Shown piece by piece: positions 12,031 to 21,648 of a stretch of 54,325 nt of DNA. Under the pieces are notes generated by a model. It made no database searches. It saw only the letters and a program-made list of their open reading frames with translations, and had not been told where the DNA came from. Source of the stretch: an uncultured Candidatus Saccharibacteria bacterium (GTDB lineage: Bacteria; Patescibacteriota; Minisyncoccia; Phycocordibacterales; UBA2100). The stretch covers positions 1-54,325 of the forward strand of contig CAYIDD010000006.1 of the NCBI GenBank assembly GCA_964362175.1, in the 5' to 3' direction. A program made the position numbers and the translations under genes. How positions within the stretch are numbered: position 1 is the first letter of the stretch; each line of letters starts with the position of its first letter.

Positions 12031-14244
12031 CTATTTCGCCACCTTCTCCGCCTCTTCCAATTTCACTGACAACAATTTCGACACCCCATCCTGCCCCATC
12101 GTGACACCATAGAGCTCGCCAGCGGCGGACATGGTAGCGCGATTGTGCGTAATGACGATGAGCTGCGATTTCTTTCCAAGCTCTTCTATCATGTCGGCGT
12201 AGCGCTTGCTGTTGGCCTCGTCGAGTGCCGCATCGGTCTCGTCCAAAATAAGGAACGGTGGGGGATTCACTTGTGACATCGAAAAGATGAGCGCGATAGA
12301 AGTGAGTGCGCGCTCGCCGCCGGAGAGTACCTCAAGCCCGCGGATCTTCTTGCGGGGGAGCGAGACGTCGATAGAAAGTCCTGCGTACAATTCCTCTTCT
12401 TCGGGAATTACCTCTTCGCCGTCCTCGTCATCTATTTCCATGTCACGTTTAGCGAGACGTCGCGGTTGCTCGACGAAGAGCTTGGCGTGTCCGCCGCCGA
12501 AAAGCTTTGTGAAAAAGTTCTGCAACGCCACGTTGATATGTTTGAGTCCCTCGGTAAATCGCACGTCGATCGTCTTTTCAAGTTCCGCAATGATGTCCTC
12601 AAGTTTTGAGGCTGACACTTCTAGATCCGCAAGCTCTTTGGCGAGAAATTCTTCACGCTCCTTCGTTTGTTTAAATTCCCGCAGGACGGCATCCCCGCTC
12701 CCGATCCCCGACTCCTCGATCTTTATTTTTAGTCGCTCAATTTCGCGTCGGCGCTTTTCTTGTTTCTGCCGATCTTCCTCGAGAAGTGCACCATCAGGTA
12801 TCCCCGCTTTTTCCCACCCATGCACCGCCGCTCCGATGAGCGCTATGCCCTCGCGCACCTCTTCCTCAAACCGCTGCCTCAGGCCTGCGATATTTGCACG
12901 CGCAGCGAGTGCCACGTTCAATTTCCCCTGCGCTTCCCGCACGTCCGCATCGAGCCCCACCACCTCGCGTTCAGCTTGGAATGAAGCGTCGCGCGCTTCC
13001 GCTATTTTTGCACGCGCCGCCTCGGCCTCCGCCGCAAGCCGCGACGCCTCTCCTTCCGTCCGCTTCAAATTCGCACCAAGCGCTTCCACCTGTCGGCGTA
13101 CTTCTTCGTGCGTCTCGGGTGCCGCACCCGATAGTCCGTCCACAAAAGCTTTGATGCGGACGCGCAACTGCCCAAGGAACGTTCGCACCGCCGTGATATC
13201 TTCTTTTACCTCGGCCTCCTCAAGTGCCTCACTCAGCTCGCGCGCGAATTGCCGTACGTGCGGCACCGCGACGATCTGTTCGACGGTCACCGTGTTCACG
13301 CCGAGCGCCCCCTCTGCGCGCCCCAGTTCGCGCGCGAGCTCTTCATGCTTTTTCCGCACATCATGGAGCTTGCCCTCAATCTCCCTCACCTTCTGCTCGA
13401 AACCCGCGATCGAAGAATCCGCACCGCTCGCTCGCGCTCGCTGCGCCTCTTTCATCCGAGCGGTCAATTCTTTCAGATGCGCCTCGTATGCACGAGTTTC
13501 TTCCAAGAGCCTCGAATTCTCCTGTGTTATCCACGCATTCTCACGCGCGAGATAGTCGTTCAATTTCACCGCGAGTTCTTCTTTCATCTCGCGCGCTTTT
13601 TCGATCTTTTCCACCTGCACGCGCAGGAAATTGATGTGCGGCGCAAGCTCACGCCGGAGCGATTTTGTTTTGTCGATATTCACCGCGGTCTCCCCTAGTT
13701 TTCTCTCGCTCTCTGTTTTCTTGTGCTGATAGAGTTTGAGACCGAGCGCATCTTCCACCATCTCACGACGCTCGCGCGGACTTGCATTGAGGATCCGATC
13801 CGCCTCACCCTGCGAGATGATCTGATACCCCGAGCCGCCGATATTCGCTCCGGCGAGAAGACGGATGACGTCCTTGAGACGCACCTGCGAGCCGTTCAGA
13901 AGGTATTCATTTTGCCCATCGCGATGTACGATGCGTTCGATAACGATCTCGCTAAAATCAAGATCGAGCAGGCGCTTGGAGTTATCGAAGACGACTTTCA
14001 CCCCCGCGCGATTCATGCGCGGCAAAGCGGGCGACCCGCCCCAGATGAGGTCCTCCCCGCGCTTCGAGCGCATGGATTTCATAGACTGCTCGCCGAGAAC
14101 AAATCGGAACCCCTCCGCAACATTGGATTTGCCCGAACCATTGGGCCCCACGACACTGACAATAGGCGAGCCAAAGACAAGCTCGGTCTTCTTACCGAAG
14201 GACTTAAACCCCGAAAGTTCTATGGATTTGAGGCTGAGGAACAT
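12031..14244 (-). CDS. smc: Short SMC-family ATPase
   Basis: GFKSF, Walker A GPNGSGKSN, ISQG Q-loop, coiled coils, LSGGE signature, LDETDAALD, ITHN. Only 737 aa. Confidence 0.9.
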   Translation of the reverse strand: MFLSLKSIELSGFKSFGKKTELVFGSPIVSVVGPNGSGKSNVAEGFRFVLGEQSMKSMRSKRGEDLIWGGSPALPRMNRAGVKVVFDNSKRLLDLDFSEIVIERIVHRDGQNEYLLNGSQVRLKDVIRLLAGANIGGSGYQIISQGEADRILNASPRERREMVEDALGLKLYQHKKTESERKLGETAVNIDKTKSLRRELAPHINFLRVQVEKIEKAREMKEELAVKLNDYLARENAWITQENSRLLEETRAYEAHLKELTARMKEAQRARASGADSSIAGFEQKVREIEGKLHDVRKKHEELARELGRAEGALGVNTVTVEQIVAVPHVRQFARELSEALEEAEVKEDITAVRTFLGQLRVRIKAFVDGLSGAAPETHEEVRRQVEALGANLKRTEGEASRLAAEAEAARAKIAEARDASFQAEREVVGLDADVREAQGKLNVALAARANIAGLRQRFEEEVREGIALIGAAVHGWEKAGIPDGALLEEDRQKQEKRRREIERLKIKIEESGIGSGDAVLREFKQTKEREEFLAKELADLEVSASKLEDIIAELEKTIDVRFTEGLKHINVALQNFFTKLFGGGHAKLFVEQPRRLAKRDMEIDDEDGEEVIPEEEELYAGLSIDVSLPRKKIRGLEVLSGGERALTSIALIFSMSQVNPPPFLILDETDAALDEANSKRYADMIEELGKKSQLIVITHNRATMSAAGELYGVTMGQDGVSKLLSVKLEEAEKVAK

Positions 14245-14270
14245 TGGGGTTCATTGTAGCAAAAAACAAC

Positions 14271-14298
14271 ATGCCCCGGAGCGGGTTCCCCGGGGCAT
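14271..14298 (-). terminator. Terminator of small ORF 14315-14464
   Basis: ATGCCCCGG...CCGGGGCAT stem, followed by GTTGTTTTTT on the minus strand. Confidence 0.6.
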
Positions 14299-14314
14299 AT
14301 GCGATTCGGCTGTA

Positions 14315-14464
14315 TCATCCGAAAAATCCTTCCTCAGGAACGACGAAAACGTCGACCTGAGTTGGCGTGCGGGGCGGCGAATGCCATCGACCAGACCGCG
14401 GTTTCCCGTTTCTCTTGTTCGACACGAGATACCGCGAAACAGATTGACCTGCAGCCTTTCTCAT
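14315..14464 (-). CDS. Small basic hypothetical protein (49 aa, not in ORF track)
   Basis: MRKAAGQSVSRYLVSNKRNGKPRSGRWHSPPRTPTQVDVFVVPEEGFFG; GAGGAG 6 nt upstream, TATAGT -10 and its own terminator. Confidence 0.5.
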   Translation of the reverse strand: MRKAAGQSVSRYLVSNKRNGKPRSGRWHSPPRTPTQVDVFVVPEEGFFG

Positions 14465-14556
14465 GATCATCTCCTCGCGCTAGGTTGCGCTTGAAAGACT
14501 ATACTTACCGCCCCTTCGCCGCAAGGGGGGTTCCCAGATTTCAGTTTATCCCCCAG

Positions 14557-14590
14557 ACGATGAGGTTACGATGAGGTTTAACCTCATCGT
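14557..14590. repeat. REP-like palindrome upstream of RAYT-1
   Basis: Half copy ACGATGAGGTT followed by the full palindrome ACGATGAGGTT-T-AACCTCATCGT. Confidence 0.85.
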
Positions 14591-14608
14591 TCAATGTATA
14601 ATTCGGCC

Positions 14609-15313
14609 ATGGCCAACAGAAAACCGATCGAGATCGACGAGTGGTACCACTGCTACAATCGGGGAGTCGACAAACGGAGAGTGTTCCTCAACAAACGAGA
14701 TTACGAACGGATGCTTATCCTTATGTATTTGGCAAAGCATGCCCAAGCCGTTCGCCTTTTCGGTATGACTCACGCGCGGTTGAATGATGTACTCGGAAGC
14801 ACTTTGTCGAAAGAGGACAAGCCGATCGTCGAAATAGGGGCGTATGCGCTGATGCCAAACCATTTCCACTTCGTTCTTAAGGAGGTTCAAGAAGGTGGCA
14901 TTTCTCTCTTTATGCAAAAGGTATTCACTGGCTACACAATGTATTTCAATCAAAAAAATGCACGGACAGGCGCACTGTTCGCCGGTACCTTCAAATCGAA
15001 GCACATCGAAGATGACCAGTATCTGAAACATCTCGTTTCTTACGTGCACTTAAATCCGGCAGAACTCATTGATCCTCTATGGAAAGAAGGGACAAGCAAC
15101 AAGTCAGACATGGAAGAGAAACTGAGGCAGTATCCCTACTCGAGCCTACCAGAATTCTTAGGGGTGAAGCGACCCCATAGATCACTTCTCAATAACTCAA
15201 TTTTTGAGCTTTTTGAGAAGGCACCGACACTGCAACGAATGATTCATGAGGCAAAAACGTATCGAGCGCTCCAGTCCGATGAGGTTACCGATGAGGTTAA
15301 ACCTCATCGGTAG
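14609..15313 (+). CDS. REP-associated tyrosine transposase (RAYT, Y1/HUH family) 1
   Basis: YHCYNRG, HUH motif LMPNHFHF, RTGALFAGTFK, catalytic Tyr in YVHLNP, YPYSS. Flanked by palindromes. Confidence 0.88.
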   Translation: MANRKPIEIDEWYHCYNRGVDKRRVFLNKRDYERMLILMYLAKHAQAVRLFGMTHARLNDVLGSTLSKEDKPIVEIGAYALMPNHFHFVLKEVQEGGISLFMQKVFTGYTMYFNQKNARTGALFAGTFKSKHIEDDQYLKHLVSYVHLNPAELIDPLWKEGTSNKSDMEEKLRQYPYSSLPEFLGVKRPHRSLLNNSIFELFEKAPTLQRMIHEAKTYRALQSDEVTDEVKPHR

Positions 15314-15329
15314 GTTAAACCTCATCGGT
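15276..15329. repeat. REP-like palindrome cluster at the 3' end of RAYT-1
   Basis: CCGATGAGGTT, then ACCGATGAGGTT-A-AACCTCATCGGT, then AGGTTAAACCTCATCGGT. Confidence 0.85.
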
Positions 15330-15341
15330 AAGGTTATCGAT

Positions 15342-16037
15342 TTACCAGCCTTTGGCGGCAAGGGCCTTCTCGGCGGCGGCTTGTTCGGCCTCCTGTTTTG
15401 ATTTCCCTTCGCCAGTCGCCACTCGATCGCTCCCGAGGTGCGCGGCGACAACGAATTTTTTATCGTGGTCGGGGCCCGACTGGCTCACCACTTCGTACGT
15501 CGGCGTAAAGCCCAGTAACTCCTGAGAAATTTCCTGAAGTTTGCTTTTCGCGTCCTGCCACAACTTTTTCGCGACGACTTCGTCTGTTTTGTGGAAGAGT
15601 TGCTTCGCAATGAAATCTTTTGCCGTGTTGTATCCCGAATCGAGGTACAGAGCGCCGATGAGCGCCTCAAACGCATTTGCAAGGATGATCTGCCGCGCGC
15701 GACCGGTATCACGTGACTCACCGCGCGAGAGCAACAGGTACTCGTTCATGCCGAGCTTTGTGGCGGCATCCGAGATGCTGATGGTGTTGACCAGAGCCGC
15801 GCGATAGGCGGTCAGATCCCCCTCCGGTTTTTCAGGGTATTTCGCATACAGAAATTCCGTCACCACGAGCTCAAGTACGGCATCTCCCAGGAACTCTAGG
15901 CGCTCATTGTGTTCCCTGCCCGGGCTTCGGTTTTCATTCAGATACGACCGATGTGTGAACGCGCTCTCCAACAAACGCCTACCTTTGAATGCGTAGCCGA
16001 TCTTTTTTTCAAAGGTCGAAAAATCAGGCATGATCAT
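15342..16037 (-). CDS. rnc: Ribonuclease III
   Basis: HNERLEFLGDAVL signature, ANAFEALIGALYLD, C-terminal dsRBD (DAKSKLQE...SKQEAEQAAA). Confidence 0.97.
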   Translation of the reverse strand: MIMPDFSTFEKKIGYAFKGRRLLESAFTHRSYLNENRSPGREHNERLEFLGDAVLELVVTEFLYAKYPEKPEGDLTAYRAALVNTISISDAATKLGMNEYLLLSRGESRDTGRARQIILANAFEALIGALYLDSGYNTAKDFIAKQLFHKTDEVVAKKLWQDAKSKLQEISQELLGFTPTYEVVSQSGPDHDKKFVVAAHLGSDRVATGEGKSKQEAEQAAAEKALAAKGW

Positions 16038-16948
16038 TTATTCTCCCCTCGCGCAAGTGCATTGATGGCAGGTACGATGATCTTGAGCGTGTCATCATAA
16101 AAATTCAGATCGCCGACTGCCGAAAGTGGGAACCACTGCGCATCGTCCAAGCCACCGCTTGGCCCCAACTTGAGTTCCGTGAAGGACGCCTCGGCAAGGA
16201 AGTAACTCACGCGTTTGCGCTTTTTGCCTCCCTCGATCTTTGAATCATTCGCGACGTATTCATTCACGCCGAGCTCCTGCATGATCTTGATATCGAGCCC
16301 CATCTCTTCTTTTATCTCACGAATAGCGCCCGCCTTCACGTCCTCACCCTCCTCGATCTTGCCTTTGGAGATGGTCCAGTGACCGAAAATATCGTGCACG
16401 AACGCCATGTACGTTTCTCCGTCGGAGCGCGCATAGACGACAGCTCCCGCCAGGTGCTCAGTCGGCATTTTTGCCGGTTTCTGGCTCACGTTTTTGCGCG
16501 TTCCGCCCTCATTCTTGCCCGGCTCGCCCAATTCCACATAAACGGCACCGAGAACACCGTTCACGAATCGGCCCGAAGAAGCGCTCCCGAACGATTTCGC
16601 GAGCTCGATCGCTTCGTTGATTGCGACTTTCGCCGGCACCTGTGTCCTGTCCGCAAAAAGGAGTTCGGTGAGACCGAGCCGGAGCACATTTCTGTCAATG
16701 GCCGCGATCTTTTCGAGCGGCCACTCGGGCGCCGCGCGCACGATGACCTCATCGATCTCTTTTTGTTTTGCGACCGCCGTCTGAAGGAGGTTTTTCATGA
16801 ACGGCATGTCAGAGTCGCGTGTTCCGAATTCCTGCCCGTAATCGGCGAGGCGGGAGAGCATCTGGTCGCTCGTCATTTTTCCCCCCGAAGAATCACGCTC
16901 AAAAAGCACCTGGAGAACGACTGAGCGGGCTAAGTGTCTGTTGGCCAT
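16034..16948 (-). CDS. nusB: Transcription antitermination factor NusB fused to a C-terminal Nudix hydrolase
   Basis: RHLARSVVLQVLF, IDRNVLRLG, VAINEAIELAKSFG, FVNGVLG; then Nudix box GKIEEGEDVKAGAIREIKEEMG. Confidence 0.92.
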   Translation of the reverse strand: MANRHLARSVVLQVLFERDSSGGKMTSDQMLSRLADYGQEFGTRDSDMPFMKNLLQTAVAKQKEIDEVIVRAAPEWPLEKIAAIDRNVLRLGLTELLFADRTQVPAKVAINEAIELAKSFGSASSGRFVNGVLGAVYVELGEPGKNEGGTRKNVSQKPAKMPTEHLAGAVVYARSDGETYMAFVHDIFGHWTISKGKIEEGEDVKAGAIREIKEEMGLDIKIMQELGVNEYVANDSKIEGGKKRKRVSYFLAEASFTELKLGPSGGLDDAQWFPLSAVGDLNFYDDTLKIIVPAINALARGENK

Positions 16949-16985
16949 TGTGGAGAAAGAGCAGGGGAAAGGGCAATGTTTGGTG

Positions 16986-17258
16986 TTAGGTTTGCGCGGG
17001 CTCCTTTTCTTTGGTTTCTGTCATTTGACCGCTCGCGCGAAGTTCGGTCTCTTTGCGCTTGGTGCGACGTGCCTGACGTTTCGCGCGCGCAACGATGTCG
17101 ATGACGACGCGGCCATTGTACTTGCCGCATTCCGGGCATGCGCGATGAGAAACGCGGAGAGCTCCGCAATCGCACTTCACCACTTGCGTGGACACAAGCG
17201 CATGATGGGAACGCCGCTTTGCGGTCTGGGAACGATTCCGGCGCATTCGCACTACCAT
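16986..17258 (-). CDS. rpmF: 50S ribosomal protein L32
   Basis: KRRSHHAL...CDCG...SHRACPECGKYNGR. Confidence 0.93.
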   Translation of the reverse strand: MVVRMRRNRSQTAKRRSHHALVSTQVVKCDCGALRVSHRACPECGKYNGRVVIDIVARAKRQARRTKRKETELRASGQMTETKEKEPAQT

Positions 17259-17268
17259 AGTGAGGGGA

Positions 17269-17874
17269 TTATACAGCTTTTGTGCCGGTTGACAACCTTT
17301 TACAGAAGCTCGCGCGATGAATATCCGAGAGTCCGCATCGCGCTATGGATCGCAGATGAGAGCGGGTGCCATAGCCTTTATGGACGTGGAAATCATACGC
17401 TGGATACTTTTCCGCAAGCCTCTTCATCAGCCTATCGCGCGTCACTTTGGCCATGATCGATGCGAGCGAGATAATGGGCTCCGTGTCGTCCCCCCCGATG
17501 ATCGTTTCTTGACGGACGTACTCAGCGGGCGCCTTGAGGCTTCCATCGAGCAGTACGTGGCACGCTCGTGGTTCAATCTCCAATTTTGAGAGCGCTTCCC
17601 CGAGCGCGCGGCGGATGGCAGGCATTATTCCGTACGTATCAATATACGTAGCCGATGACATCGCGACAGCAAAACGCAACAGTAACGATTCCCGGAGCTC
17701 CTGCGCTCGCTCAAAAATATCCTCGCGCTTTTTTTCCGAAAGTTTCTTAGAATCTCGTACGCCTTCGAGCCGACTCCAATCAAAGTCGAGCGGCACCGCG
17801 ACCGCTCCCACCGCAACGGGCCCCGCAAGCGGCCCCCGCCCCGCTTCGTCGATACCGATAAGGTAACGCATCAT
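17269..17874 (-). CDS. rnhB: Ribonuclease HII
   Basis: GIDEAGRGPLAGPV, DSKKLS, ASIMAKVTRD, HKGYGT, IHRASF. Start uncertain (17871-17883). Confidence 0.95.
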   Translation of the reverse strand: MMRYLIGIDEAGRGPLAGPVAVGAVAVPLDFDWSRLEGVRDSKKLSEKKREDIFERAQELRESLLLRFAVAMSSATYIDTYGIMPAIRRALGEALSKLEIEPRACHVLLDGSLKAPAEYVRQETIIGGDDTEPIISLASIMAKVTRDRLMKRLAEKYPAYDFHVHKGYGTRSHLRSIARCGLSDIHRASFCKRLSTGTKAV

Positions 17875-17953
17875 AGTAATCATAACAACAAACAGGGCCG
17901 CCAACGGGGCAGCCCTGTCGAGATCGTCCGACGCCACGGAGCTGTCGAATGAT

Positions 17954-18259
17954 TCATTCGCCCGGCCGAAATCGGAATGAGGCTTCCTTCGGTTCGAGAT
18001 TTTGCCCCTCCACGATTACGCCACCCGTTGCGGGGTCGCGTCTGGACTCCTCGGCGGTCGGCTTTTCCTGATTGCCCAACGGGGCCGCCAACGTCGGATC
18101 AGCCGCCAGCCCCAGACTCCTGAGCCTTCGCTCTCCATCCAGCCTCGGCCTTCGCCGATGTCTCCGATCCTGGTCAACCCAGCTATCGGATACCCCCTCC
18201 TTGTAGCCACTCAAGGATGTGGGGTCACGGTAGCCTGGTAGCCCGCTTTTCTCCGGCAT
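17954..18259 (-). CDS. Hypothetical protein
   Basis: 101-aa low-complexity ORF with GAGGAG SD, TTGACG-17-TAGAGT promoter and a downstream hairpin near 17892-17918. Confidence 0.5.
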   Translation of the reverse strand: MPEKSGLPGYRDPTSLSGYKEGVSDSWVDQDRRHRRRPRLDGERRLRSLGLAADPTLAAPLGNQEKPTAEESRRDPATGGVIVEGQNLEPKEASFRFRPGE

Positions 18260-18401
18260 GTCATCGCTCCTCACGAAAAAGTCGGATTCCGGCCCCGACC
18301 GTCGCCGCGTCGCGCACTTGTACTGTATTCACCGCCATCACTCTAGCGGCTCATTCACGCTCCGTCAAAGTGGGGAAAAGTCAGCGGTGTATACTGACCC
18401 T

Positions 18402-21400
18402 ATGAGCGCACGCGATTTTGTCCATCTCCACGTCCATTCGCACTACTCCCTTCTCGAAGCAATACCAAAAATCCCCGAACTCGTCGCTGCCGCCAAGGCA
18501 GACGGACAGACGGCGCTTGCGCTCACCGACAACGGCAATCTCTACGGTGCTATCGACTTCTATAAGGAATGCAGGGAGCATGGCATTAAGCCCATTCTCG
18601 GCGTTGATTTTTTTGTCGCTCCACGCACGCGCCATGATAAGGAGCATCGCGTCGACGACCATACCCATCGACTCGTGCTTCTCGCAAGGAACGAAATGGG
18701 ATACCGAAATCTTCTGCAGCTCGTCTCGAAGTCGCACCTTGAGGGTTTCTACGATCGTCCGCGCATTGATAGAGAGTTGATGGAAACCTATCGGGATGGG
18801 TTGGTGGCGATCTTGCCGTCATTTGGTGGCGAACATATCCAGCCCATTCGCGACAACGTCCCGGCGCGCGCGAAAGAAATTCTCGATTGGTACCGCCATA
18901 TCTATGGCGGCGATTGTTTTGTCGAGATCACACGACATCCCGAGATCGAGAGCCACGAAAAACTCATGAGGGCACTCGTCGAGCTCGCGCGAAAACAGAA
19001 ACTGCCCCTCGTCGCGGCGCACGATGTGTACTTCCTCAAACAAAGCGACGCGCTCGCGCGCGAGCTCGTCAATAAGATCCGTACTGCGAGCGTCTTGAAC
19101 CGCGACTTTGAACAGGGCGCTCATGACTTTTCTTTTATCTCACGAGCTCGCGCGCGGGAGCTTTTCGCGGATATTCCAGAGGCGATCGAAAACAGCGCGC
19201 GCATAGTGGAGATGTGTAATCTCAAACTCAAACTGGGACTCTGGGTGTTCCCCGACTTCCCCATTCCCGCAAAAAGTTCCGCCAATGAGGAACTTCGCGC
19301 GCTTGCTGAAAGGGGATTTGCAATACGCGGCGTGCCTGAAACAAAAGAAAACAAAGAGCGCGTCGACTACGAACTTTCAGTCATCGGAAGCAAGGGGTAT
19401 TCCCCCTACTTTCTCGTCGTCGCCGACCTGCTGCGCCACGCGCGTGATGAGAAAATACTCACCAATACGCGAGGAAGCGCTGCGGGCTCTTTGGTCTCTT
19501 ACCTATCGGGCATCACGACGGTGAATCCCATTGAGTATCAACTCCCCTTCGAGCGATTCCTGAATCCGGAACGTCCAAGTCCGCCGGATATCGATATGGA
19601 CCTCGCCGACAACCGCCGCGACGAACTCATCGCGTACGTGCGCAACAAATACGGCGAGGACAAGGTCGCGCAGATCGGCACGTTCGGCACCATGATGGCA
19701 CGCGCCGCGGTGCGCGATGTCTCCCGCGCCCTAGGTCACTCGTACGGGGTCGGCGACAGGATCGCGAAGCTCATCCCCTTCGGCAAGCAAGGGTTCCCCG
19801 TCACCATCGCAGGGGCGCTCGAAGAAACGCCGGAGCTTGCACAGCTCTACAAAAGCGACTCGGATTCGCGCGAGGTTCTTGATCTCGCGCAAAAGATCGA
19901 AGGCAATGCGCGACACGTCGGCGTACACGCGGCGGGTGTCGTTATCGCGCCAACGGCGGTAACGGATTTTTCGCCCGTTCAGATCGATCCCAAGGGCAAC
20001 CACATCATCACGCAGTACGACATGTATGCGATCGAGGATGCGGGACTCCTGAAATTCGATTTTCTCGGCCTCACCAACCTCTCTATTCTCGCGGACTCGG
20101 TCGCGCGCGTGCAGGAACGACTCGGTATATCGGTCGAACTCGACACGCTTGTGCTCAACGACACAAAAACATACGAGATGCTCTCCCGCGGAGAAACACT
20201 CGGCGTATTCCAGCTCGCGGGCGGCGGCATGACCAGCTACCTCGTCGATCTGAAGCCCACATCCATCCACGACATCAACGCGATGGTCGCGCTCTACCGT
20301 CCCGGCCCAATGAACTTCATTCCCGCCTATATCGAACGAAAGAAAGATCCAAAACTCGTCAAATATCTTGATCCGAGGATCGAACCGATACTTAAAAACT
20401 CCTACGGGGTTATCACCTACCAAGACGACGTTCTCGAGATCGCGATTAAGATTGCGGGCTATTCGTGGCTTGAAGCGGATAAGTTTAGAAAGGCGATGGG
20501 GAAAAAGATCCCGAAAGAGATGGAGGCTCAGAAAGAAAAATTCACCAAGGGGTGTGTCGCGCACGGGATGAAGAAGGAGGCGGTGCAAAAATTATGGGAG
20601 CAGATCGAGACCTTCGCGGCGTATGGTTTCAACAAAGCGCACGCCGCGAGCTACGGCAACCTCGCGTACAAAACCGCTTACATGAAAGCCAATTTTCCCG
20701 TGGATTACATGGCGGCAGTCCTCACGGCCGACGCAGGCGATGTGGAGCGGATCGCAGAGGTCGTTGCCGAATGCAAACGCATGGGGATCAAAGTGTTGCC
20801 GCCTTCCGTGCAGGAAAGTTTCGGGAATTTCACGGTCATGGACGATACGAGCATCCGCTTCGGTTTGTATTCGATAAAAAATTTCGGGACGGGAGTGAGT
20901 GACTCCATAATCGCGGCGCGGAAAAGCGGGGGGGTATTTGCGGATATCGCTGGTTTCCTCGCACGCATCACCGACAAAAACCTCAACAAAAAATCACTCG
21001 AATCGCTCATCAAATGCGGCGCGCTGGATGAACTGGGGGAACGCGGTGAACTCCTCGCGAACATCGATATGCTTTTGGACTATCATCGTGAGCACATGAA
21101 TACCCCCACCGACCAAAGCTCTCTCTTTGGCGCAGCTGCCGCAAAACTGGCTCAGTTGCGGCTGGAGAAAACCCCGCCAGCGGCACTCGAACAGCGTCTC
21201 GATTGGGAAAAAGAACTTTTGGGTCTGTACATATCCGGCCATCCGCTTGATAAGCACAAAGAAAAATTCACCGACCCGAAAAAGAGCATCAAGCATGCGA
21301 GGGAGCACGCACGCGGCCTTGAGACCGTCATTGCGGGATTCGTCGAAAGTGCGCGCATCAATACGACGAAAAACGGCGAGCGCATGGGATTCCTCAAGCT

Positions 21401-21560
21401 CGCAGATTTTTCCGGCTCGATCGAGCTCGTCGCGTTTCCGAGGACATTCAAGGAATGCGAAGCACTCATGCGACCCGGAATATGTATCGCGGTCAAAGGA
21501 AAGATCTCAGAGCGTAACGGAGAATCGTCGTTCGTCATCGAGCGCGCGAAGGCGCTGTAA
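18402..21560 (+). CDS. dnaE: DNA polymerase III alpha subunit
   Basis: PHP motif HLHVHSHYSLL, RGSAAGS, PDIDMD, KFDFLGL, YGFNKAHA, C-terminal OB fold. Confidence 0.98.
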   Translation: MSARDFVHLHVHSHYSLLEAIPKIPELVAAAKADGQTALALTDNGNLYGAIDFYKECREHGIKPILGVDFFVAPRTRHDKEHRVDDHTHRLVLLARNEMGYRNLLQLVSKSHLEGFYDRPRIDRELMETYRDGLVAILPSFGGEHIQPIRDNVPARAKEILDWYRHIYGGDCFVEITRHPEIESHEKLMRALVELARKQKLPLVAAHDVYFLKQSDALARELVNKIRTASVLNRDFEQGAHDFSFISRARARELFADIPEAIENSARIVEMCNLKLKLGLWVFPDFPIPAKSSANEELRALAERGFAIRGVPETKENKERVDYELSVIGSKGYSPYFLVVADLLRHARDEKILTNTRGSAAGSLVSYLSGITTVNPIEYQLPFERFLNPERPSPPDIDMDLADNRRDELIAYVRNKYGEDKVAQIGTFGTMMARAAVRDVSRALGHSYGVGDRIAKLIPFGKQGFPVTIAGALEETPELAQLYKSDSDSREVLDLAQKIEGNARHVGVHAAGVVIAPTAVTDFSPVQIDPKGNHIITQYDMYAIEDAGLLKFDFLGLTNLSILADSVARVQERLGISVELDTLVLNDTKTYEMLSRGETLGVFQLAGGGMTSYLVDLKPTSIHDINAMVALYRPGPMNFIPAYIERKKDPKLVKYLDPRIEPILKNSYGVITYQDDVLEIAIKIAGYSWLEADKFRKAMGKKIPKEMEAQKEKFTKGCVAHGMKKEAVQKLWEQIETFAAYGFNKAHAASYGNLAYKTAYMKANFPVDYMAAVLTADAGDVERIAEVVAECKRMGIKVLPPSVQESFGNFTVMDDTSIRFGLYSIKNFGTGVSDSIIAARKSGGVFADIAGFLARITDKNLNKKSLESLIKCGALDELGERGELLANIDMLLDYHREHMNTPTDQSSLFGAAAAKLAQLRLEKTPPAALEQRLDWEKELLGLYISGHPLDKHKEKFTDPKKSIKHAREHARGLETVIAGFVESARINTTKNGERMGFLKLADFSGSIELVAFPRTFKECEALMRPGICIAVKGKISERNGESSFVIERAKAL

Positions 21561-21648
21561 CAATTGACATTCTCGACCTTCTGTGTCAAGTTAATTGCGG
21601 AGGGCGGGCACTGGGAACCGCTGCTCATCAACGGAGTGGAGCAAATCG

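Noticed and set aside
12206-13555. Long antisense ORFs (449 aa here; also 2347-3282, 23578-24708, 38006-38875, 19731-20588)
   Set aside because: Shadows of well-supported genes on the opposite strand, with no motifs or start signals.
14557-15335. Canonical IS200/IS605 insertion sequence (also 52627-53366)
   Set aside because: The proteins are about 225-235 aa with NRG, YxHxNP and [WY]SS motifs of RAYTs rather than short TnpA; there is no tnpB and the palindromes are multiple.
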